DNA of 64,000 bases, from NCBI GenBank assembly GCA_024401165.1, contig JAKSLN010000001.1:1446-65445 (forward strand). The letters run 5' to 3'. The notes beneath the pieces are model-generated. The model searched no databases and was not told the DNA's origin. It saw nothing but the letters and a program-made list of their open reading frames with translations. Shown piece by piece: positions 15,742-24,963 of this stretch. A program made the position numbers and the translations under genes. Origin of the DNA: Bacteroidaceae bacterium (GTDB taxonomy: Bacteria > Bacteroidota > Bacteroidia > Bacteroidales > Bacteroidaceae). Every line of letters begins with the position of its first letter. Within the stretch, counting starts at the first letter, position 1.

Positions 15742-18700
15742 TTATTCGTAGTCCTGCCAGCTCTTGATCTGGAGATCCTCCATGCCCATCTCGCAGAAGG
15801 CCTCGATGAAGGCACTTGCCAGACGTGCGTTGGTGATGAGGGGGATGTTGTGGTCGATGGCTCCACGACGAATCTTATAACCGTTGCTCAACTCGCGGTT
15901 GGTATGGTTCTTGGGGATGTTGACAATGAGGTCGAACTTGTGGTCGCTGATCATCTGCATAACATTCTCGCGCTCGGGATGCTGCTCGTCGGGCCATGAC
16001 ACGGCAATGGCCTTGGCACCATTGGCGTTCAGGTACTCGGCAGTACCCTCGGAAGCGTAGACGGTGTAGCCTGCCTTGCCGAGGGCGATGGCTGCGTCGA
16101 GCAGACTTGCCTTCTCCTTGGCACTTCCGCTTGAGAGCATGATGCCCTTGTCCTTTGAGGGAATCTTATAGCCGGTGGCAATCATTGAGTTCAGGAGGGC
16201 TTCCTGGAAGGTGTCGCCGATGCAGCCAACCTCGCCGGTAGAAGACATGTCGACGCCCAGCACGGGGTCGGCATTCTGCAGACGGTTGAACGAGAACTGG
16301 CTGGCCTTGACGCCCATGCGGTCGATGTCGAAGACGCTCTTCTCGGCCTTCTGGAAGGGAGCGTCGAGCATGATGCGGGTTGCCGTCTCGATGAGGTTGC
16401 GCTTGAGCACCTTGCTGACGAAGGGGAACGAACGGCTGGCACGGAGGTTGCACTCGATGACCTTCACGCTGCGGCCCTTGGCCAGGTACTGGATGTTGAA
16501 GGGACCGGAGATGTTGAGCTCCTTGGCAATAGCACGCGAGATCTTCTTGATCTGACGCATCGTGGCGAAGCTGATCTGCTGAGCGGGGAAGGTCATGGTG
16601 GCGTCGCCTGAGTGAACACCGGCGTACTCGACATGCTCGGAGATGCCATACTCGACAATCTCGCCACACTGGGCAACGCCGTCGAACTCGATCTCGTTGG
16701 TCTCGGTCATGAACTGAGAGATGACAACGGGGTACTCCTTGCTGACCTCGGAGGCAGCAGCGAGGAAGCGCTCCAGCTCGTCGTCGCTATAGCATACATT
16801 CATGGCAGCACCTGAGAGGACGTATGAGGGACGAACCAGCACGGGATAGCCTACCTCGTCGATGAACTTCTTCACATCGTCCATCGAGGTGAGGGCGCTC
16901 CACTTGGGCTGGTCGATGCCCAGCTGGTCGAGCATGGCGCTGAACTTGCCACGGTTCTCGGCACGGTCGATGCTGACGGGCGAGGTACCCAGGATGGGCA
17001 CACTCTGCCGATGCAGCTTCATGGCCAGGTTGTTAGGAATCTGTCCACCCACGCTGACGATGACGCCGCGAGGACATTCGAGGTCGATGACGTCGAGAAC
17101 ACGCTCGAAGCTCAGCTCGTCGAAGTAGAGGCGGTCGCACATGTCGTAGTCGGTCGACACGGTCTCGGGGTTATAGTTGATCATGATGCTCTTGTAGCCC
17201 AGCTTGCGAGCGGTGGTAACGGCATTTACCGAACACCAGTCGAACTCTACGCTGGAACCGATGCGGTAGGCGCCCGAACCGAGCACGATGACTGACTTCT
17301 CGTTATTATAATAGTTGATATCGTAACCCTCGACGGCATAGGTCATGTAGAGGTAGTTGGTCAGCTCGGGGTGCTCGCTGGCCACGGTGGGGATGCGCTT
17401 AACGGCAGGCAGGATGCCCAGCCCCTTACGATAGGCACGAACGGCGAGGTTCTCCTTCTCCATGTTGCCGGTCTCGGGCTTCAGGACGAAGCGTGCAATC
17501 TGGAAGTCGCTGAAACCAAGAATCTTGGCCTCGCGCATTACCTCGGCCGACAGCTCTTCGAGGCTGTTGTAGCCTTCCAGCTTGTGCTTGAAGTCAACGA
17601 TGTTCTTCATGCGCTCGATGAACCAAGGATCAATCTTGGTCAGCTCCTCGATGCGAGCTACGGTGTAACCCTCTTCAAGTGCCTGTGCGATGGCGAAGAT
17701 ACGCAGGTCGGTGGGGTTGGCCAGCTCCTCGTCGAGGTTATCGAACTTGGTGTGGTCGTTGCCGACGAATCCGTGCATACCCTGACCAATCATACGAAGA
17801 CCCTTCTGCAGCATCTCCTCGAATGAGCGGCCGATGGACATGATCTCGCCGACCGACTTCATGCTTGAACCCAGCTTGTGGCTAACACCGGCAAACTTGG
17901 TGAGGTCCCAGCGAGGAATCTTACAGATCATGTAGTCGAGCGAGGGAGCAACGTATGCCGAGTTGGTGGTGCCCATCTCGCCAATCTGGTCGAGGGTATA
18001 GCCCAAGGCAATCTTGGCAGCAACGAAGGCCAGAGGATAGCCGGTAGCCTTTGAAGCAAGGGCAGAAGAGCGGCTCAAGCGGGCGTTGATCTCGATGATA
18101 CGGTAGTCGTTGGTCTCGGCGTTGAAGGCAAACTGGATGTTGCACTCGCCGACAATCTGCAAGTGACGGACACACTTGATGGTGATCTCCTGCAACATCT
18201 TCACCTGCTCGTCGGTAAGTGAGCAAGTGGGAGCTACTACGATACTCTCGCCAGTGTGGATACCGAGGGGATCGAAGTTCTCCATGCTGGCAACGGTGAA
18301 GCAGTGGTCGTTGGCATCGCGGATGCACTCGAACTCAATCTCCTTCCAGCCCTTGAGCGACTCCTCAACCAATACCTGGGGAGCAAAGGTGAAGGCACTC
18401 TCGGCAATCTCCTTGAAAGTCTTCTCGTCGGGACAAACACCCGAACCCAGACCACCCAGCGCATAAGCCGAGCGGATCATGATGGGATAGCCAATCTTGC
18501 GGGCAGCAGCAACGGCAGCATCCATGGTCTCGCAAGCCTCGCTAACGGGCACCTTCAGGTCTACCTTGTTCAGCTCCTGCACAAAGAGGTCGCGGTCCTC
18601 CGTGTTCATGATGGCCTCTACCGAAGTACCCAGCACGTCGACATCGTACTCCTTCAGCACACCATTCTGGTACAGCGCGGTACCTACGTTCAGACCTGTC

Positions 18701-18972
18701 TGGCCACCCCACGCCAGCATGATGCCGTCGGGACGTTCCTTCTTGATGATCTCAGTTACAAAAAAAGGTGTCACTGGCAGGAAATAAACCTTGTCAGCAA
18801 TACCTTCACTTGTTTGAATGGTTGCCACGTTGGGATTGATGAGGATGCTCTTGATTCCCTCTTCACGAAGGGCCTTGAGCGCCTGACTACCAGAATAGTC
18901 GAACTCACCAGCCTGTCCAATCTTTAGTGCGCCAGAACCTAGCACAAGAACTTTCTTGAGTTGCTTTTTCAT
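15742..18972 (-). CDS. carB: Carbamoyl-phosphate synthase large subunit
   Basis: 1076 aa. Duplicated ATP-grasp halves (VLVLGSGALKIGQAGEFDYSGSQA and VIVLGSGAYRIGSSVEFDWC) and an MGS-like C-terminal domain. Confidence 0.95.
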   Translation of the reverse strand: MKKQLKKVLVLGSGALKIGQAGEFDYSGSQALKALREEGIKSILINPNVATIQTSEGIADKVYFLPVTPFFVTEIIKKERPDGIMLAWGGQTGLNVGTALYQNGVLKEYDVDVLGTSVEAIMNTEDRDLFVQELNKVDLKVPVSEACETMDAAVAAARKIGYPIMIRSAYALGGLGSGVCPDEKTFKEIAESAFTFAPQVLVEESLKGWKEIEFECIRDANDHCFTVASMENFDPLGIHTGESIVVAPTCSLTDEQVKMLQEITIKCVRHLQIVGECNIQFAFNAETNDYRIIEINARLSRSSALASKATGYPLAFVAAKIALGYTLDQIGEMGTTNSAYVAPSLDYMICKIPRWDLTKFAGVSHKLGSSMKSVGEIMSIGRSFEEMLQKGLRMIGQGMHGFVGNDHTKFDNLDEELANPTDLRIFAIAQALEEGYTVARIEELTKIDPWFIERMKNIVDFKHKLEGYNSLEELSAEVMREAKILGFSDFQIARFVLKPETGNMEKENLAVRAYRKGLGILPAVKRIPTVASEHPELTNYLYMTYAVEGYDINYYNNEKSVIVLGSGAYRIGSSVEFDWCSVNAVTTARKLGYKSIMINYNPETVSTDYDMCDRLYFDELSFERVLDVIDLECPRGVIVSVGGQIPNNLAMKLHRQSVPILGTSPVSIDRAENRGKFSAMLDQLGIDQPKWSALTSMDDVKKFIDEVGYPVLVRPSYVLSGAAMNVCYSDDELERFLAAASEVSKEYPVVISQFMTETNEIEFDGVAQCGEIVEYGISEHVEYAGVHSGDATMTFPAQQISFATMRQIKKISRAIAKELNISGPFNIQYLAKGRSVKVIECNLRASRSFPFVSKVLKRNLIETATRIMLDAPFQKAEKSVFDIDRMGVKASQFSFNRLQNADPVLGVDMSSTGEVGCIGDTFQEALLNSMIATGYKIPSKDKGIMLSSGSAKEKASLLDAAIALGKAGYTVYASEGTAEYLNANGAKAIAVSWPDEQHPERENVMQMISDHKFDLIVNIPKNHTNRELSNGYKIRRGAIDHNIPLITNARLASAFIEAFCEMGMEDLQIKSWQDYE

Positions 18973-19037
18973 TGAGTGAATATGTTAATTGTGTTAAATG
19001 CTTTGAGAGGCGGTATTCAGTCTCGCCTAAAATTGTG

Positions 19038-19045
19038 CAAAGATA
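19038..19045 (-). promoter_or_regulatory. Candidate -7 box TATCTTTG for carB
   Basis: Plus strand CAAAGATA, about 66 nt upstream of the carB ATG. No well-spaced -33 TTTG was seen. Confidence 0.25.
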
Positions 19046-19176
19046 AACAAAAAAATCCAAAACTGCGTAATCGAGGAATGAAAAAATTGTCCAATTGGTA
19101 ACAAAACGTCTGCAACAGTCCTCAGATGACCTTGTCGAAGAGTCCTGCCGCCCCCTATCGCAGAACCCGACTACGC

Positions 19177-19971
19177 TTATCGGAGCGCCCAGAAGGCCAC
19201 TGCACTGGCGGCATTGACGTTGAGCGAATCGACGTTGTGCTTCATCGGAATCTTCACCACGTAGTCAGCCTCTGCTATTGTCTCTGAGGACAGGCCGTCC
19301 CCCTCGTTACCCATGATGATAGCCAGGCGGGGTTCGCTCTGAAGTTTCGGATCATCAAGCAGTACGGAATCATTGCGTAGGGCCATGGCAACTGTCTTGA
19401 ATCCAAGACGATGCATGGCCTCTGTTATAGGTTCGTCCAAACGGGTCCAGGGTACAAGGAAGACGCTGCCCATCGACACGCGAACGGCCCGTCGGTTGTA
19501 GGGGTCGCAGCTCGTAGGCGTCACCAGCACGGCATCGATGCCCAGGGCAGCTGCCGAGCGGAATATCGATCCGATGTTTGTCGAGTCCACCACCCCATCC
19601 AGGATGCAGATGCGGCGCGCTCCTTCGAGTATCTCATCCACGGCTTTGGGCTGCGGACGTCGCATGGCACACAGCACTCCGCGTGTCAGCGTATAGCCCG
19701 TCAGCTGTTCCAGCAGGGCGCGTTGCCCCGTGTAGACTGGCACGTCGCCGATGCGCTCCAGGATTTCCTTGGCATCACCCTCCAGATGGCGTGCCTCACA
19801 TAAGAGCGAGATGGGTTGGTACCCCGCATCCAGCGCCACATGAATCACCTTCGGACTTTCAGCTATGAAGAGTCCCTTCTCTGGTTCAAGTTTGTTACGC
19901 AATTGTGCTTCGGTCAGCGTGCCAAACACTTCTACTCCAGGCACGGCAAGGTTGTCAATCTCGATAATCAT
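19177..19971 (-). CDS. TrmH/SpoU-family RNA 2'-O-methyltransferase
   Basis: 264 aa. SpoU C-terminal knot motifs: ILDGVVDSTNIGSIFRSAAALG, LAIIMGNEGDGLS and IPMKHNVDSLNVNAASAVAFW. Confidence 0.8.
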   Translation of the reverse strand: MIIEIDNLAVPGVEVFGTLTEAQLRNKLEPEKGLFIAESPKVIHVALDAGYQPISLLCEARHLEGDAKEILERIGDVPVYTGQRALLEQLTGYTLTRGVLCAMRRPQPKAVDEILEGARRICILDGVVDSTNIGSIFRSAAALGIDAVLVTPTSCDPYNRRAVRVSMGSVFLVPWTRLDEPITEAMHRLGFKTVAMALRNDSVLLDDPKLQSEPRLAIIMGNEGDGLSSETIAEADYVVKIPMKHNVDSLNVNAASAVAFWALR

Positions 19972-20089
19972 GCTGCAAAGGTCGGCAAAATCGGACGGAA
20001 AAACAAATATTATATAAAATAATGTAGTAATCCTGCCTCAGAAAAACAACTTTTGCGTACTTTTGCATCCAGAAATCACTCACACCCAT

Positions 20090-21148
20090 ATGAAATTCGT
20101 TCTCGCTTTCGACTCCTTCAAGGGCTGTCTCACCGCGCAGGAGGCATGCCAGGCAGCTGCCGACGGGTTGCGCGACGTCCTGCCCGACGCCGATATTGTC
20201 ACCCTCCCCCTGAGCGATGGTGGCGAAGGACTCGTCGCCTGCATCTCGCGCCTCTTTCCTGTCCGTCGCGTCGAAGTCAAGGTGCACGGACCACTCATGG
20301 AAGAACGCATGGCAGCTTATGCCCTCTCTGCCGATGCTCAGACGGCCTACATGGAGATGGCTGCTGCCAGCGGACTCACCCTCGTCCCCCCCACCCTTCG
20401 CAATCCGCTCGTCACAACCACGTATGGTGTAGGCGATATGATCCGCGATGCCGTAGACCGTGGTTGCCGACACATCGTCATGGGCATTGGAGGCAGTGCC
20501 ACCTGCGATGGAGGACAGGGCATGCTGCAAGCGTTGGAGGACATCCTGTCCTTTGTCAGGAACGAGATCGACATCACCGTTGCTTGCGATGTCAACAACC
20601 CTCTTTACGGCCCCGATGGCGCAGCCTGCGTCTTTGGTCCGCAGAAAGGCGCTACCGCCCAACAAGTCATTCTTCTCGACGACCGTCTTCGTTCCTTTGC
20701 CCACCGCCTCGAACGTCAGGGACTCGCCTCTCCTACCCTTGCCTCCCATCCCGGTGCTGGCGCGGCAGGCGGTCTCGGATACGGTCTCATGGCCTGCCTC
20801 GGCGCCACTCTGCAACCGGGCATCGACATTCTGCTGCGCATTGCCCAGTTCGACACGCTCCTCTCGGGAGCCGATTACGTCCTGACGGGCGAAGGATGCT
20901 CCGATCGGCAGACACTCATGGGCAAGGTTCCACAGGGTGTTCTCCGCTGGGCAAAACCCCACCACGTCCCCGTCCATCTACTCTCAGGCAGCATCCGCGA
21001 CCACACGCTTCTCCGGGCAGCAGGCTTCGCCCTCGTTCGTTCCATCAACGAGTCCGATTCACGCCCCCTTGACACACTCCTGCTCCCCGATGTCGCCCGC
21101 CAGAACATCATCCGCACCACTCGCCTTCTGTATGCACAAAATCGATGA
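20090..21148 (+). CDS. glxK: Glycerate kinase
   Basis: MKFVLAFDSFKGCLTAQEA, LPLSDGGEG, GIGGSATCDGGQGMLQALE, VACDVNNPLYGPDGAACVFGPQKGA and LTGEGCSDRQTLMGKVP. The ORF-track start at 20063 is TTG. A TACTTTTG box at 20058-20065 precedes the ATG at 20090. Confidence 0.85.
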   Translation: MKFVLAFDSFKGCLTAQEACQAAADGLRDVLPDADIVTLPLSDGGEGLVACISRLFPVRRVEVKVHGPLMEERMAAYALSADAQTAYMEMAAASGLTLVPPTLRNPLVTTTYGVGDMIRDAVDRGCRHIVMGIGGSATCDGGQGMLQALEDILSFVRNEIDITVACDVNNPLYGPDGAACVFGPQKGATAQQVILLDDRLRSFAHRLERQGLASPTLASHPGAGAAGGLGYGLMACLGATLQPGIDILLRIAQFDTLLSGADYVLTGEGCSDRQTLMGKVPQGVLRWAKPHHVPVHLLSGSIRDHTLLRAAGFALVRSINESDSRPLDTLLLPDVARQNIIRTTRLLYAQNR

Positions 21149-21310
21149 CTTAAGGTTAAAATGCTCAAAAAGCTGATGAAATTAGCAAAAAAACGGCAGA
21201 AGCAAACCGCGGAACGTATGGAATAACTATCTTTGTCGAAAAAGAAAACGAGACCATGAAAGAATCGAATAGTTCTTTGCTTTTGTAAATCTTTTTCATC
21301 ACCTCTCATC

Positions 21311-21421
21311 TCCCCGCTGCATGTTTTTCAAATTTCCGCTGCAGGATTTTGAAATTCCCGCTGCGGGATTTTGAAATTTCCGCAGCGCAAATTTCGAAAA
21401 AGCCGAGCGGAATTTTAATCC
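21311..21421. repeat. Tandem array of about five 22-bp units (TTCCGCTGCAGGATTTTGAAAT-like)
   Basis: Units at 21311-21333, 21334-21355, 21356-21377, 21378-21399 and 21400-21421, degenerating progressively. Each unit contains a short CCGC-N3-GCGG-type palindrome. Confidence 0.75.
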
Positions 21422-21474
21422 ACTGGTTATGAAATAGTTAGAAAAACGAATAAAAATAATACAATGTAAAGATA

Positions 21475-21526
21475 ATTCTGAATTTCTTCGCTATGCGAAG
21501 TAACATCAGAATGCTTGTTTTTTTTT
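21475..21526 (+). terminator. Rho-independent terminator (plus strand)
   Basis: Outer stem ATTCTGA / TCAGAAT (21475-21481 / 21506-21512), inner stem TTCGC / GCGAA, followed by GCTTG + T9 (21518-21526). Confidence 0.6.
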
Positions 21527-21552
21527 AGGAAATCTTCGTTATCCCTCCTTAG

Positions 21553-24500
21553 TTACCGCGAAAAGTGAGGCCCCATCCCCTCTATCTGGTATGTCTGGAT
21601 GAGTTGATTGAAGACGGGTACGCGCTGGAGGAGAGTTTTGTTGCCAATCAGATAGAGGTGTTCCATGGCACGGGTCATGGCAACGTTGAGCTTGCGGTCG
21701 ATGAGGTGACCGTCTTCCTCGAAGGTATTGTCGGTAAGGAAATCGAGCTGGTAGGTCTGTTGGATGGTGAATCCATAGATGATGTAACGCCGCTGACTAC
21801 CCTGGAAACGCTCCACGGTGTCGATGGTGATGCCGCTGAGCTGAGGACCGACAAGACGCTCGATAGTGTTACGGACAGTAGCAATCTGGTTGCGGTAGGG
21901 TACAATAATGCCTATGGTTCGTTCGGTTTCAAATCCATCCTTTTCCTTTTCATAGATACGCTCCACAAGTTGAGCAATGAGATCGGCCTCGGGTTGGTTG
22001 ACCTTATCGGAAACGCTACTGCTCGGCTTGGGGACATCGACAAAGGCGATGCGACGACGCAACAAATCATCGAGTCGATCGTTCGACTGAGCATCCTGTC
22101 CAACGGCATCCTCTTCCACCCCACCCAACTGATGAGGAAGGGGTACTTCGGTCAAACGGCCATTATAAAAGGCACGATTGGGGAACTCGGCAATGTCGTG
22201 GTGCATGCGTCCCTGGCGGGTGAGCATGTAGACAACGTCTTCGCGGTCGCGATAGCGCATCAAGAGGCGTTCGAAAAGGGAGAGGCGGCAGTTGCGAAGG
22301 CCGATGGAATGGAGCAGCGCAGCAGGATCGTCCAAGGTGTCGTTGCTGACCTTGACGGCAGAGTCCTCTGCACTCTGCTGCACAACGGCGGGGAGCTGCT
22401 TGTGATCACCAATCATGACGAACTTGCGAATGGTCGGAATCTTTCCTGACGGACAAGATGCAGAAGAACCCGCATCGGAGACGGCTCCAAGGAGTCCCAG
22501 AAGGTGAGGTTCGAGTATCTGAGAGGCCTCGTCGATGATGCAAAGGGTAAAGGGTTTCAGGTTGAGCATATCGATGCGCGAAGTGGCCATGTTTGTGGTG
22601 GCACAGACCACTCGTGCTTCAAGAAACATGCGTCGTACATCAGGCAAGCCATTACACTCCTCCACTCGTTTGCAAAAGAGGTGGGGATGATACTCCTCGG
22701 CACAGGACAGAGGACTGCCCAGTCGCAGGAAGTCAATCTGTTCCTCCATGAGTTTGCTGCAAATCTCATCGACGGCACGGTTGGTGTAACTGACCAGTAG
22801 GATACGGCTGTCAGGTTCGAGCAATTCCTCACGCAGCGTGTTGAGCATGCCGAAACTTGTCTTTCCCGTTCCTGGAGGGCCGATGATGAGGAAAAAGTCC
22901 TCTGCACGCTTCACTTTCATCATCATTTCGTTGAAAGAGCCGTATTCTCCACGTATCATGCTTGTCTCGGAGATAGCGGGATCACGTTGTAAAAGCAGCA
23001 AGTCGCGGCGCTCCTTGGGTGCCGAAAGGAAGGCGTAGATGTTGTGGTAGAGCGATGAAAAACTGGACTCAAGGAAGTCGTGCTCGATGGCCCACTCGCG
23101 ATCCTGATGGCGTAGAAAGACCATGGGGTCGGTCTGCTCGGCACGGAGCCGAAGAACGATGTTGTCGGCTGTAATGGACTCGATGCTGGCACGGTGAACC
23201 ATGCTTCGACGTATGTCCGGTTCAGAATCACGGTCATAGGGGTAAAGAACGATGATGTCGCCCGTGCGGAAGTTTGCCATGTCGTTGCTGGCCGTATCGG
23301 TGAAGCGGAACGTGAGAGGACTGACACTCTCGAGGTGCAGTTGATCGTAGATGTTGCCCGCCTGTCGCTTCTCGGCCAGCGAGTCGTGCCAGGCAGCGGC
23401 AAAGCCAGCGTTGGGTCGGTTCTTGCTGCCCATCTTAGAAAGAAGATGTTCGCGCGAGGCAAAGTCAAGGAAGCGGAAACAATATGCACGTTCGAGGGGT
23501 GAAGCGTTGTGGATGGGAGCCAGCAGTTCGGCCAGTTGGGGACGCTTGAAATCAGTCCAGAGACGTCCACTGCTCCCCTTGGTGTTCAGCATGTCGGGAG
23601 AGAGGGTTGGCAGCAGGCGGCTCCACGACCAGGGCGCCTCGGGTGTGCCGAGCTGGAGGTCCATCCAGGCGATGCCATTGCGGATGCGGATGGCACGCTG
23701 AACGAGTTCGGGAGCAAAGTCGAGCTTGACGAGACTGTTGGCATATTTACTATAGAGAAGAAATGCCTGTATACCCTCAGAGCCTTTCTTATAGGCCTCG
23801 GGATAGTTGTAGCGGACGAGCAGCATGTAGAGTAGCATCTGCACGTAATGTTTCTCCTCGGGGGTGGGTGTGTCGGGATCGACTGGATTGGGAACGAAGG
23901 CAGCCTTGCCGGCCTTCTGCTCGATGAGCACCTTCATGTCGTGCTGGAGAAGGTCCATACGCCCTTGCAGACCAAGCATCTCGGAGAAGAAGGAGGGTTC
24001 GAGGAGCACATCCTCGCGCTTGAAAGCACCCACCTCGGCAGGCAGCACCTCGGACATGGCCCTGTGTATGTTCCCGCCCTGCTGACGGGCGCGCTGGTGG
24101 AAATCGTCGGGCAAGGGAGTGGTAAGAAGAGCTGTAGCATTCTGATGGAAGAAGGTGCTGACGCTCTCCTTGTAAGAGCAAGGTCCGTGCAGTTCTTCGT
24201 CGAGCAGTTGACTGGCGAAGTTGCCCAAGATGATATGCTCGGTAGTTGTATTCGCCATAATCTTGTGGAGCAAGTAGACGTAGGGCGACTCGTCATAAGA
24301 CTCGAAGCAACTGGCGATGGTGCTTATGTTAACGAGATAGTCGGGTTCGAGAATGATGATCTCGGCATAGACGGTATCGTCGACCAAACGAGGGCGAACA
24401 AGGTTGAACTGAGCATTGGAATAGAGCATGCTGCGCAGATAGGCGTACTGGCGTGCATAAGCCACCTTGACGGACCGCTCATCCTCGTCGTCGGTCTCTA

Positions 24501-24963
24501 TCTGTCCATAGAGATACTGCTCATCCCAGGCCGTCAGGAGAAAGCGTACCGCCTGACGACTGAGGTAATGCTGGTGAGGGTTAGGATTGGTTTCGCTCCT
24601 TTTCTGCGGAATGGAAACCTTGGCGAGATGGGCTTGCAAGTGGGCAGGAACCTCCTCGCCATCGATCAGGCAGAAGAAGGAAACAATGGCATATAGGGCG
24701 TAGTTAACGTCGATGTGGGGCTGTGGTTGGTGAAAGGCGATACGTACGTCATGGATGGCACGGCGTACGTCGACGGGAGCCTTGTGCTCCTTCAGCAGAT
24801 AGTCGGTCTGGGCAAAAGGACCGACGAGCGAAATGTTGAGTTGGCGGGTGTGAGCGTCCAGAAAGCGACGGTAGGTACGGTTGAGGGCATCCAGCACGCG
24901 CTGCGTGTCCGGCATCAGTTCGAGTGCGGCACGCAGTTCTTCAAAATAGGTACTCTCGTTCAT
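21553..24963 (-). CDS. PD-(D/E)XK nuclease + SF1B (Upf1/Dna2-like, AAA_11/AAA_12) helicase fusion protein
   Basis: Nuclease motifs GRMDLL ... IEQK ... QMLLY (D, ExK, QxxxY; about 23827-23955). Walker A GPPGTGKT (22858-22881), IIDEASQ, MIGDHKQLPAVV, VERFQGSQR and LNVAMTRA. The ORF-track start at 25032 is GTG. The ATG at 24963 (MNESTYF) shares one base with the SDR stop (TGATG). Confidence 0.75.
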   Translation of the reverse strand: MNESTYFEELRAALELMPDTQRVLDALNRTYRRFLDAHTRQLNISLVGPFAQTDYLLKEHKAPVDVRRAIHDVRIAFHQPQPHIDVNYALYAIVSFFCLIDGEEVPAHLQAHLAKVSIPQKRSETNPNPHQHYLSRQAVRFLLTAWDEQYLYGQIETDDEDERSVKVAYARQYAYLRSMLYSNAQFNLVRPRLVDDTVYAEIIILEPDYLVNISTIASCFESYDESPYVYLLHKIMANTTTEHIILGNFASQLLDEELHGPCSYKESVSTFFHQNATALLTTPLPDDFHQRARQQGGNIHRAMSEVLPAEVGAFKREDVLLEPSFFSEMLGLQGRMDLLQHDMKVLIEQKAGKAAFVPNPVDPDTPTPEEKHYVQMLLYMLLVRYNYPEAYKKGSEGIQAFLLYSKYANSLVKLDFAPELVQRAIRIRNGIAWMDLQLGTPEAPWSWSRLLPTLSPDMLNTKGSSGRLWTDFKRPQLAELLAPIHNASPLERAYCFRFLDFASREHLLSKMGSKNRPNAGFAAAWHDSLAEKRQAGNIYDQLHLESVSPLTFRFTDTASNDMANFRTGDIIVLYPYDRDSEPDIRRSMVHRASIESITADNIVLRLRAEQTDPMVFLRHQDREWAIEHDFLESSFSSLYHNIYAFLSAPKERRDLLLLQRDPAISETSMIRGEYGSFNEMMMKVKRAEDFFLIIGPPGTGKTSFGMLNTLREELLEPDSRILLVSYTNRAVDEICSKLMEEQIDFLRLGSPLSCAEEYHPHLFCKRVEECNGLPDVRRMFLEARVVCATTNMATSRIDMLNLKPFTLCIIDEASQILEPHLLGLLGAVSDAGSSASCPSGKIPTIRKFVMIGDHKQLPAVVQQSAEDSAVKVSNDTLDDPAALLHSIGLRNCRLSLFERLLMRYRDREDVVYMLTRQGRMHHDIAEFPNRAFYNGRLTEVPLPHQLGGVEEDAVGQDAQSNDRLDDLLRRRIAFVDVPKPSSSVSDKVNQPEADLIAQLVERIYEKEKDGFETERTIGIIVPYRNQIATVRNTIERLVGPQLSGITIDTVERFQGSQRRYIIYGFTIQQTYQLDFLTDNTFEEDGHLIDRKLNVAMTRAMEHLYLIGNKTLLQRVPVFNQLIQTYQIEGMGPHFSR

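Noticed and set aside
19955-21072. 340-aa minus-strand and 339-aa plus-strand (alternate frame) ORFs across glxK
   Set aside because: Both overlap the well-supported glycerate kinase frame. Their products are Arg/Pro/Ser-rich nonsense typical of off-frame translation of GC-rich genes.
20875-21309. 144-aa minus-strand ORF spanning the glxK 3' end and the following spacer
   Set aside because: It is mostly antisense to glxK, and the remainder is AT-rich spacer. It has no features of a real gene.
21311-21421. Tandem 22-bp repeats considered as a possible CRISPR array
   Set aside because: The units are contiguous with no spacers, are shorter than CRISPR repeats, and decay progressively. There are no cas genes in the window.
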